Source: Armatimonadota bacterium (GTDB taxonomy: Bacteria; Armatimonadota; SYMT01). Taken from it: a stretch of 64,000 bases of DNA. Each line of letters opens with the position of its first letter. The first letter of the stretch is position 1. Both the position numbers and the translations under genes were made by a program. Under the pieces are notes generated by a model, which was not told the DNA's origin, made no database searches, and saw nothing but the letters and a program-made list of their open reading frames with translations. This document shows positions 45,995-54,519 of the stretch, one piece after another. The DNA is taken from NCBI GenBank assembly GCA_041690135.1, contig JAWLHY010000001.1:128001-192000 (forward strand), in the 5' to 3' direction.

Positions 45995-47509
45995 ATGCGA
46001 CTGAACCGAAGTGAGTTCCTCACGTTAACGGCGGGCACGGCCGGGGCGCTGGCGCTCTCGGGCTGCACGGAGATCACCCGCCGGGCCTCTGCCCCCGGGC
46101 TGCCCGAACGGCTGGGGGAAGCGGAAGCCGCGGAGCACTCCCACGAGTGGCGCCTGCTGAACCGGATGAGCTTTGGACCGCGGCCCGGCGACCTGGAGCG
46201 AGTGCGAGAGATGGGCGCGGATGCCTATATTGAGGAGCAGCTCGCCCCGGAGCGGATCGAGGAGAGCCGGGCGGCGTGGATGCGCCTGCTGCCCCTGGAC
46301 ACGTTGGAGATGGACGCGGCCGACGCCCAGGACTGGGAGATGGCGAACTACCCGGAGGTGGGGAAGGGCCAGGCGGCCGTGGAGCTCCAGCAGGCGTGCG
46401 TGCTCCGGTCCGTCTACAGCACACGCCAGCTCCAGGAGGTGATGGTCGAGTTCTGGACCGATCACTTCAACGTCAGTCAGCTCAAGGCGGAGTGCTCATG
46501 GCTGAAGACGGTGGATGACCGCCTCCTCCGCAAGCACGCCCTGGGCAAGTTCCGGGACCTGGTAAACGCTTCCGCGCACAGCCCGGCGATGCTCTTCTAC
46601 CTGGACAACGACAAGAACGAGAAGCGAGATCCGAAGACCGGATCCGGCGCCAACGAGAACTACGCCCGCGAGCTGCTGGAGCTCCACACCCTGGGGGTGG
46701 ACGGGGACTACTCCTTAAAGGACATCCAGGAGGTGGCGCGCTGCTTTACGGGCTGGACCTACAAGAAGGGCTTCACGTTCTGGCCCGGCGACTTCGTGTT
46801 CGACGCGAAGAAGCACGACGATGGGCCGAAAAGGGTCCTCGGGGTGCCGATCCCGCCGGGCCAGGGTGTTAAGGACGGCGAGCAGGTGATCGATATCGTC
46901 TGCGAGCACCCCAGCACCGCGCGGTTCGTCGCCCGCAAGCTCTGCCGCCGGTTCGTGGCGGACCAGGCTCCAGAGGCGCTGGTGGCTCGCCTGGCCGGTG
47001 TCTTCACGAAGACGGACGGGGATATCCGGCAGGTCCTCTCCGTGCTGTTCCGGAGCGAGGAGTTCCGTCACGCGGGGAACCGGAAGCTGAAGCGGCCCTT
47101 TGATTTTGCCGTGTCGGCCCTCCGTGGTGTGAATGCGGATACCACCGGCGCGGGGGTGCTGCCGTACCTGGAGCGGATGGGGCAGCTTCCCTATAAGTGG
47201 ACAATGCCGGACGGCTATCCGGAGCGGGTGGATGCCTGGACGCCCAGCCTGCTGAGCCGCTGGAACTTCGCGCTGGACCTGGTCACCGACAAGATCCCCG
47301 GCACCCGCGTGAACGCGCCGGCGCTGGCGAAGGCCACCGGAGAGAAGGAACCGCTGGAGGTCTACCGCGCGCTGTCCCGGTCGCTCCTGGGCCAGGCCCT
47401 GCCGCCGGACCGCCTCCGCAGCCTGGTTGATCTGTCGCAGAAGGGCGGCAGAGAGGTCCGCCAGTGCCTGGCCCTCCTCCTCGCCACTCCCGCTTTCCAA
47501 TGGAGGTAG
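45995..47509 (+). CDS. DUF1800 domain protein (lipoprotein-like)
   Basis: 'LLNRMSFGPRPG', 'FWTDHF', 'SPAMLFYLDN' and 'NENYARELLELHTLG'. Confidence 0.9.
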   Translation: MRLNRSEFLTLTAGTAGALALSGCTEITRRASAPGLPERLGEAEAAEHSHEWRLLNRMSFGPRPGDLERVREMGADAYIEEQLAPERIEESRAAWMRLLPLDTLEMDAADAQDWEMANYPEVGKGQAAVELQQACVLRSVYSTRQLQEVMVEFWTDHFNVSQLKAECSWLKTVDDRLLRKHALGKFRDLVNASAHSPAMLFYLDNDKNEKRDPKTGSGANENYARELLELHTLGVDGDYSLKDIQEVARCFTGWTYKKGFTFWPGDFVFDAKKHDDGPKRVLGVPIPPGQGVKDGEQVIDIVCEHPSTARFVARKLCRRFVADQAPEALVARLAGVFTKTDGDIRQVLSVLFRSEEFRHAGNRKLKRPFDFAVSALRGVNADTTGAGVLPYLERMGQLPYKWTMPDGYPERVDAWTPSLLSRWNFALDLVTDKIPGTRVNAPALAKATGEKEPLEVYRALSRSLLGQALPPDRLRSLVDLSQKGGREVRQCLALLLATPAFQWR

Positions 47510-47514
47510 TAACT

Positions 47515-48741
47515 ATGCCCCAGCCATCCAGTCAACCTCGGATCTCCCGGCGCGACCTGCTGCGGGGGAAGGGCAAGACCTCGAAGCTGGTGTTCCGGCC
47601 GGAAACCGGGCCGGGCGGCGACGTGCTGATCGCCATCTTCCTCCGGGGCGCGATGGACGGGCTCCACACGGTGCCGCCGCTCGGGGATGATCATTATGCC
47701 AGGCAGCGGCCCACGCTGGCGATCCCGGAGCCGGGCAAGGCGAAGGCCGCGCTGGACCTGGACGGTTACTTCGGTCTCCACCCGGACCTCGACCCCCTGC
47801 TGGAATTGTGGCAGGAGCGTCGCCTGGCGGTGGTCCACGCCATCGGCAGTCCGGATACCACGCTCTCGCACTTCGAGGCGATGCAGACGATGGAGCGCGG
47901 CGTTTCGGACGGCAACACCACCGCCAGCGGCTGGCTCAGCCGGCACCTGGCGAGCCTCGCGGTGGAGAACACCTCTCCGGTCCGGGCGCTCGCTTTCGGC
48001 GACGTGCTGCCGAAGTCACTCCAGGGTAGCCTCAGCGCCACCGCGGTCCGCTCGCTCAAAGAGTTCCGCCTCGGAATCCCCAAGGATTGGGATGCCGGCT
48101 TCCGAGGTCTCCTGACCTCCCTCTACGAAGAGGGGCAGGACCCCGCCTCTCGCGCCGGCCGCAACATCCTGGAACTCCTCGAAAGCCTGGAGAAGCTCGA
48201 CCCGGACACCTATCAGCCGGAGCGAAGCGCGAAGTACCCGGAGACGGAGTTTGGGCGCGGATTGCGGCAGGTGGCCCAGTTCGTGAAGGCGGACGTGGGC
48301 CTGGAAGTGGCCTCCGTCGATCTTGGCGGATGGGATGCCCACGTGGCGCAGGTCGCCCTGATGACGGGCCTGATGACGCAGCTTTCCCAGGGCCTCCACG
48401 CGCTCTACACCGACCTGGGCGACCGCATGCGCCGGGTCACGGTGCTCGCCATGACCGAGTTCGGGCGCCGCGTCCACGAGAACAGTGGCCTGGGCACGGA
48501 CCACGGCCGCGCCAGCGCCATGTTCGTGCTGGGGGGCGGCGTACGCGGCGGTAAGGTCTATGGACGCTGGCCCGGCGTCGCTCCGGCGCAGCTCGATAAG
48601 GACGGCAACCTCCGCGTCACCACCGACTACCGCGACATCCTCTCCGAGGTGGTCACCAAACGCCTGCGCAACCCGCACGCGGACCGCGTCTTCCCCGATT
48701 ACACCCCCCGGCCGCTTTCCCTCTTCGAGCCGGTTACCTAA
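47515..48741 (+). CDS. DUF1501 domain protein (DUF1800-associated type)
   Basis: 'IFLRGAMDGL', 'GGWDAH', 'TEFGRR...GTDHG' and 'TTDYRD'. Confidence 0.9.
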   Translation: MPQPSSQPRISRRDLLRGKGKTSKLVFRPETGPGGDVLIAIFLRGAMDGLHTVPPLGDDHYARQRPTLAIPEPGKAKAALDLDGYFGLHPDLDPLLELWQERRLAVVHAIGSPDTTLSHFEAMQTMERGVSDGNTTASGWLSRHLASLAVENTSPVRALAFGDVLPKSLQGSLSATAVRSLKEFRLGIPKDWDAGFRGLLTSLYEEGQDPASRAGRNILELLESLEKLDPDTYQPERSAKYPETEFGRGLRQVAQFVKADVGLEVASVDLGGWDAHVAQVALMTGLMTQLSQGLHALYTDLGDRMRRVTVLAMTEFGRRVHENSGLGTDHGRASAMFVLGGGVRGGKVYGRWPGVAPAQLDKDGNLRVTTDYRDILSEVVTKRLRNPHADRVFPDYTPRPLSLFEPVT

Positions 48742-48838
48742 CGTATGATTGGTGGCTCGTGAACTCGGGTGAATGGGTGAAAGAGAGAGCGGGAGAATGG
48801 GAGTGCGGCAAAGGGAAGCGGAGAGATAGTTCCTAAAG

Positions 48839-50176
48839 TTACTGACGGGCGGGTGGGGAGAGAAGGTGCTTCGGGGCAGCCAGGAACTCCACGACGCGGG
48901 TCTTCTGCAATGCGAACGTGGCAGTGAGGGTTCTTGCACCTCCTCGAATCCTCATGGCGTAGTCGTAGGAGGCCCAGCCGTTGTTGGTGCGCCACCAGGA
49001 TGTCCAATCGGGCTCGTGAACTACAGGGCGTCCCCGGTCGTCAACCATCTTCACCAGGGTGAGGTGATAACCCGGCTCTCCTGTATCGAGGCGAGCATTG
49101 AGGGTGGTCGGGGTTCCGCGTGCGAAACCGCGAAGGGAGACTTCGATTTTCCCGATCTTCGTGCTGCGATTGATGTCGATTATCTGCCCCCAATCAGGAG
49201 CCGGGATGTTTTCGACGGTCCAGAGCTCCTCCGGGCGGAAAGGGGAATCGGGCGTGCGGGCCAGCTCCACTTCCACTTTCCACGCCGGCTCGCAGAAGGG
49301 TAACATCCCCGGAGCCCAGAGGCGACTCTTGTTAGCGTGAGACGATGTCCTCCCCATCCCCTGGCGTTCGTAGCGGTTGCCGGTAGCGTCTGCATACGTC
49401 ACGTCGATAGGTGTCCAACGCGTGGCACCCTTGCCTAGGAAGCGGCTTGCCACCTGGATGAAGGCGCTACTTCCAAATACCCGACCCATCTGGGTGGCCC
49501 GCGTGGGATCCCTCGAATCACCGCCATTGGTGAACTGCTGGAGCGTGCACTCCAGGTCGCCATCCCGTACGGATACGGGCAGCGGCTGCGTCTTCCAATC
49601 GGGATGTGGCCCGGGGTCCGGGTTAGGGAGCCGGAATTCTGCCACGGGCTTGCGGTTGGCTTCCCGGTTGGGACCGTACATGCGTAAGCCTACCCAGGTC
49701 CCACGACGGGGAAAGGTCCGCAAAGCAAACGATACCACCTGGGTTCGGCCACCCGTATGGTACGTAGCGAGCTCGGCGGCCGGGCGCTCACACCCGTGCT
49801 CATCGAAGATCGTCCAGTCGGCCATATCGCCCAACACGTGCTGAAAGGCAGAAGTGCCGGGTGCCGCGCCTCGGCGAACCGTCCAAACCACTGGCACGCT
49901 CGGGTCCGGCCGGACTTCCTTCTCGAAAGCGCCCAAGCCAGTCCAATACCCCAATGGCCGTGGTAGCAGTGAGGCCAAAAGCCCCGCAAGCTTTCCACCG
50001 GGGACGAAGCGGTGCTGGGGGCCGTAGGTAATGGCCTCCAGGCTGAGGGTGGAGCCGTCGGGGAGGCGGCGCACCTGGAGGGGCTGGCTCGGGCGGTTGG
50101 CGAAGACCAGCAGCGTGATCAGCCCGGCCAGGAGCAGCCAGAGCCCGGGACGGAAGCTTCGTTTGCGGCGCGACAC
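48839..50176 (-). CDS. Hypothetical exported protein
   Basis: 445-aa ORF with an N-terminal hydrophobic anchor and 'LPDGSTLSLEAITYG'. Confidence 0.65.
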   Translation of the reverse strand: MSRRKRSFRPGLWLLLAGLITLLVFANRPSQPLQVRRLPDGSTLSLEAITYGPQHRFVPGGKLAGLLASLLPRPLGYWTGLGAFEKEVRPDPSVPVVWTVRRGAAPGTSAFQHVLGDMADWTIFDEHGCERPAAELATYHTGGRTQVVSFALRTFPRRGTWVGLRMYGPNREANRKPVAEFRLPNPDPGPHPDWKTQPLPVSVRDGDLECTLQQFTNGGDSRDPTRATQMGRVFGSSAFIQVASRFLGKGATRWTPIDVTYADATGNRYERQGMGRTSSHANKSRLWAPGMLPFCEPAWKVEVELARTPDSPFRPEELWTVENIPAPDWGQIIDINRSTKIGKIEVSLRGFARGTPTTLNARLDTGEPGYHLTLVKMVDDRGRPVVHEPDWTSWWRTNNGWASYDYAMRIRGGARTLTATFALQKTRVVEFLAAPKHLLSPPARQ

Positions 50177-50283
50177 ACTTGCCTATACGCCACCGGTATC
50201 TCCAGTCCCTGCGTGCGGCGGTCTATCGGGTTAGACAGTCTGAGGAGACTGTGCTAAGCGATCGAACCAGCATCTTAACGCGA

Positions 50284-50312
50284 AAGGGAGCAGCCGCGTT
50301 GGCTGCTCCCTT
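50284..50312 (-). terminator. Hairpin terminator after tpx
   Basis: AAGGGAGCAGCC-GCGTT-GGCTGCTCCCTT. Confidence 0.6.
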
Positions 50313-50350
50313 CTCAATCTGCGCCATCTGTGGACTCGATGGCCCGACGA

Positions 50351-50869
50351 CTAAATCGCGGCGCGGGCGGCTTCCAGGATGGCGTCGTAGTTCGGCTCCT
50401 GGGCAACTTCGGGCACGTACTCGCTGTAGACGACCACGCCCTGCTTATCGACCACGAAGGCGGCGCGGGCGTAGATGCCGAGGCCCTCGATCTCCACGCC
50501 GTACTTCTTGCCGAAGTCGCGGTCGCGGAAGTCGGAGAGGGTCTGGATGTTGGTCGCACCCTCGGCGCCGCACCAGCGGGCCTGCGCGAACGGCGTGTCG
50601 ATGCTGACGACCAGCACGACCACCTCATCGCCGAGTTCCGCCGCGTGATCGTTGAACTTCTTGGTCTCCAGGGAGCAGACGGGGGTGTCCAGGGACGGGA
50701 CGGAAAGGATGACCCGGACCTTGCCGTTGGTGTCGGAAAGGGAGGTGGGGGTTACCAGGTTCTTGAGCGCGGTGAATTCGGGGGCATCCTCATTCGCCTC
50801 GATCGCGGGACCGAGGAGCGTAATCGGATTGCCTTTCATGGTCACGGCGCCTTCGCGTCGTTCTGCCAT
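50351..50869 (-). CDS. tpx: Thiol peroxidase (Tpx-type peroxiredoxin)
   Basis: 'VTMKGNPITLLG', 'SVPSLDTPVC', 'PFAQARWCGAEG' and 'EPNYD'. Confidence 0.92.
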   Translation of the reverse strand: MAERREGAVTMKGNPITLLGPAIEANEDAPEFTALKNLVTPTSLSDTNGKVRVILSVPSLDTPVCSLETKKFNDHAAELGDEVVVLVVSIDTPFAQARWCGAEGATNIQTLSDFRDRDFGKKYGVEIEGLGIYARAAFVVDKQGVVVYSEYVPEVAQEPNYDAILEAARAAI

Positions 50870-51035
50870 CGCAGTCTCCTTCAAGCTGTCGAACAGCCGG
50901 GGATGATCTTCGGGAAGCGGTGGGTGTCAGTGCGGTCAGCGGGCTGGCACCCCCATGTTATATCATCCGGACCTGCGGGGGTTCGCGGCGAGACGCGCGC
51001 ATTTCCGAACCGCCCCAGACCCCGGATCCCATCAC

Positions 51036-52019
51036 TCAGGCGCGGGAGCGGCGATGGAAACCGGCGTCGAGCAAGAGGGCGCCGATGAGCAAGAACGCGA
51101 CCACGATGCCGTGGAACTGCTGCGGGAGACCGAACTTGTAGCCCTCCAGCAGCAGGCCGTTCTGGAGCAACACCAGCGTAACATAGCCTAGCGCCGTCCC
51201 CAGGATGCTCCCCACTCCGCCGGCCACGCTGGTGCCGCCGAGCACGACGATGGTGATCGCCATGAGTTCGTACTCCGCCCCGATGTCGGCGCGGACGCTG
51301 TCGTTGCGCGCGGCGTAGAGGAGGGCCGCAAAACCCGCGAGCAGGCCGCTGAGCGCATAAACCCGCAGCTTGAGCAGGGTGACGGGCACGCCGGATAGGC
51401 GCGAGGCGGCTTCGTTCGCTCCCACCGCGTATACGGCCCGCCCACCATCCGTGCGGGACAGGTAGAGGCCGGTGCCCACGAAGAGCAGGAGCGTGATGGC
51501 GAAGGGGACCGGAAGGCCGAGGATGTCGTCGCGGCTCCAGCTAAGGATGAGCGGGGGGAAGCCTCCTACGCTGTTGCTGCCGCCGACCGCGAAGGCCGCG
51601 CCCCGGTAAACGGAGAGCGTCGCCAGCGTGACGATCAAGGCCGGTACCCGTCCCAGGGAAACCAGTAACCCGTTCAGGGCACCGCAGCAGGCGCCCACGG
51701 CCAGCACCGTCAGGATGGTGAGTGGGGCGGACTGGGTGCGGCTCCACACCAGGCCTAATGTTACGCCGGACAGCGCCACGACGGAGCCCACGGAGAGATC
51801 AATGCCCCCGGTAAGGATGACGAGGGTCATGCCGGTCGCCAGGATGGCCAGCGGCGCCTGATCCCGCAGGACGTTGCGGAAGTTCTCCGGGCTGCGGAAG
51901 GCGGGGGAGATCGTCCAGAAAATGCCGATCACCAGCAGCAGCAAGGCGAGGAGCCCCAACTCCCGGAAGACCCGGGGGCGAGGGCGGGGTTTTTCTGCGG
52001 CGAGGGCGGGAGCAGTCAT
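51036..52019 (-). CDS. Sugar ABC transporter permease (RbsC/LsrC-like)
   Basis: 'GMTLVILTGGIDLSVGS', 'GRAVYAVGANEAASRLSG' and 'ELMAITIVVLGGTS'. Confidence 0.9.
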   Translation of the reverse strand: MTAPALAAEKPRPRPRVFRELGLLALLLLVIGIFWTISPAFRSPENFRNVLRDQAPLAILATGMTLVILTGGIDLSVGSVVALSGVTLGLVWSRTQSAPLTILTVLAVGACCGALNGLLVSLGRVPALIVTLATLSVYRGAAFAVGGSNSVGGFPPLILSWSRDDILGLPVPFAITLLLFVGTGLYLSRTDGGRAVYAVGANEAASRLSGVPVTLLKLRVYALSGLLAGFAALLYAARNDSVRADIGAEYELMAITIVVLGGTSVAGGVGSILGTALGYVTLVLLQNGLLLEGYKFGLPQQFHGIVVAFLLIGALLLDAGFHRRSRA

Positions 52020-52316
52020 GTACGGATAAGGATTGCGATAAGGATAATGATGTGGGTCGCGATCTGTGAAGCCGCCCCCCAATTACGAGGGTTTCGGCAT
52101 TCCCTAGTCTTCCGGAAGCGGGACGGGAGTTCCTCCCGGAATGCCTGAAGGTGAGGGACGGTGGGGGAGAACCACGGCAGGCAGTAGCCGGCCCTGGTCC
52201 AAGAACTCCAGACACGCAATACACCATACGCATCCACGAAGAAGCATGGAAAACGGCCTGCCCGGGGGCAGGCCGTGGAAGTTTCGGGACCAGGCGGCCC
52301 CGGCAACTCCGGACGA

Positions 52317-52853
52317 TTACTTGCCAAGCATCGCTTCCGTGGCTTTGGCCACGTCCTCGAATGACTTGTCGTTGACGTCCACGAAGTTTCCGTGCACCTT
52401 GCGGCGATTGTACACGATGACCGTGTTCTTCGCTTCGGGGTTGATCTTCCACCGAGCGAAATCACCGGCGCTGGTGCCCTGCGGCAAGAAGGTCATCGGA
52501 ATGGTGATCTTCTTCTCCGAGGCGAGCTTATCCAGGGGCTCCTTCATTTCGGGACCACCCTGGAAGACCACGAAGGTCTTGAGTTCCGGATTGCTCTGGT
52601 TCAGCTTCTGGATGTTGGCAACCAAACTGGCCGCCTTACCCGGCTCCTCCTTGATGAAAGCAACGAGGACCGGATTACCACCGTACGCTCAAACGTAGCA
52701 GAGCTGCGACCCCTTCTTGGGACCGGAAACGTCCACGACCTGGAAGGCGAGACCTGCGTTCTCGCCCTTCTGGAGACCAGACTGCACAGCGGCGAAAGCA
52801 GAGGTCGCCAGCAGGCCAAGCGCGGCAACGCCTAACGCGAGCTTCTTCAGCAT
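52317..52853 (-). CDS. Secreted thioredoxin/redoxin-like selenoprotein (CxxU, TGA 52689-52691)
   Basis: AGGAGGTG RBS and signal peptide 'MLKKLALGVAALGLLATSAFA'. Read-through gives 'FQVVDVSGPKKGSQLCYV-U-AYGGNPVLVAF', in frame with ORF 52317-52625. Confidence 0.8.
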
Positions 52854-53080
52854 CTTTTTATTTCACCTCCTTTCCGGGTTCGGCAGGGCGCCGGGATGAT
52901 GGGAAATCAGGAAGTGCGGATTGCGTCCTTCCGCTTAACTTACGAAATCGTGGGGATAGTCGTCACCGGCAGTGTCGCACTACCGAAAGCTTTCTACCAT
53001 ATTCCATGACGCAGATGGGGTATAGAAGTCAGCAAAAAGTTACGATGCTGGATATCGTATCGCTCTATGCCCCGAGTTAC

Positions 53081-53110
53081 GGAAAAGGCGCCCCAGAGGG
53101 ACGCCTTTCC
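53081..53110 (-). terminator. Hairpin terminator after DUF1501
   Basis: Minus strand reads GGAAAGGCGTCCC-TCT-GGGGCGCCTTTTCC. Confidence 0.55.
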
Positions 53111-53153
53111 GCAGACCTTCCAGCTAGCGCAGTTCCACGCAGAGTGTGCGGGA

Positions 53154-54446
53154 CTACAGCAGTTCCTTGACCGTCTGGCCGTTCTCCGCAATGCGGATCG
53201 GGCGCCCCGTGGGGGTGTGGTAGATCTTGCCCGGATCGATACCCAGACCTTCGAACAGGGTGAAAGAGAGGTCCTGCGGACGGATCGGCCGATCCGCGGG
53301 CTCTTCGCCCTTGGGGTTGGAGGAGCCGATTGCGCGACCGCCCTTGATGCCGCCACCCGCCATCACCACGGAGAAGACGCGAGACCAGTGGTCGCGGCCG
53401 CCGGTCATGTTGACCTTCGGGGTCCGGCCGAAGTCGCCCATACAGATCACCATCGTCTCGTCCAGCAGCCCCCGGTCGCTGAGGTCCGTGAGAAGGGCGC
53501 TGAGGCCGCGGTCGAGCTGCGGGAGCAGGCCGTTGCGGAGGGCGTTGAAGATGCCGCCGTGGTTGTCCCAGCCGCCGCGGCTGACGGTGACGAACCGCAC
53601 GCCGGATTCCACCAGGCGCCGGGCGAGCAGGAGGCCCTGGCCCAGGCTGTTCCGTCCGTAGCTCTCGCGCAGCTTCTGGTCTTCCGAGGCGATATCGAAC
53701 GCCTTGCGGGTGTCCGCGGAGGTAACCAGGTCGAACGCCTTGTTATAGAAGTTGTCCAGGCCGGTCACCGGGTCGTTGGACTTGCCGGTGCGGACCATCG
53801 TATCGGCGGCGGAGAGGAACTCGCGGCGGCGGGCCAGGCGGTCGTTGCTCACGTTGTCGGGCAGGATGATGTCGCGCACCCGGTAGTTCGGGTTGCCGGG
53901 ATCCCCCGCCGAGAAGGGGCTGCCGTCGGAGCCGAGATAGCCGGTGCCGGCCTCGCCGATGGGTCCGGGCACGGCGACGTAAGGCGGCATGTTCTTCTGC
54001 CAGCCCATTTCGGCGGCGACCATCGAGCCGAAGCCCGGGTACTCGAAACCGGCGATCCGCGGGTAGCCGGTCAGCATGTAGGTGGTGCCGATGGCGTGGT
54101 CCGGAATCGGGTGCGTCATCGAGCGGAGGATGCTGAACTTGTCGCCCACGGTCGCCATCTTGGGCAGGTGCTCGCTGATCTGGAAGTCCGCGCCCTTACA
54201 GGGGATGGCGCTGAATTCGCCGCGGTAGTCCTGCGGCGCTTCCGGCTTCGGATCCCAGGTATCGATGTGGCTGGGGCCGCCCCCCAGCCAGAGCACGATG
54301 ACGGACTTGGCGCGGGCGGCCTTGGGAGCCGCGGCCACCGCCTGCATCTCGAGCACGTCCGGCAGCGTCAGCCCCAGACCCCCGAGGACACCGATCTTCA
54401 GAAAGTTGCGTCGGGTGACGCCATCGCAGTTAGTATAGGTCTTCAC
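53154..54446 (-). CDS. DUF1501 domain protein, Tat signal
   Basis: 'TRRNFLK', 'GGPSHIDTWDPKP', 'LLARRLVESGV' and 'GDFGRTP...GRDHW'. Confidence 0.9.
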   Translation of the reverse strand: MKTYTNCDGVTRRNFLKIGVLGGLGLTLPDVLEMQAVAAAPKAARAKSVIVLWLGGGPSHIDTWDPKPEAPQDYRGEFSAIPCKGADFQISEHLPKMATVGDKFSILRSMTHPIPDHAIGTTYMLTGYPRIAGFEYPGFGSMVAAEMGWQKNMPPYVAVPGPIGEAGTGYLGSDGSPFSAGDPGNPNYRVRDIILPDNVSNDRLARRREFLSAADTMVRTGKSNDPVTGLDNFYNKAFDLVTSADTRKAFDIASEDQKLRESYGRNSLGQGLLLARRLVESGVRFVTVSRGGWDNHGGIFNALRNGLLPQLDRGLSALLTDLSDRGLLDETMVICMGDFGRTPKVNMTGGRDHWSRVFSVVMAGGGIKGGRAIGSSNPKGEEPADRPIRPQDLSFTLFEGLGIDPGKIYHTPTGRPIRIAENGQTVKELL

Positions 54447-54519
54447 GGTATGCGCTCCTTTGTAGCGAGTGTGGGCCCTCGGGGGGCAGTCTCCTCGCCG
54501 ATAGGGTTCAAGTCGTTGG

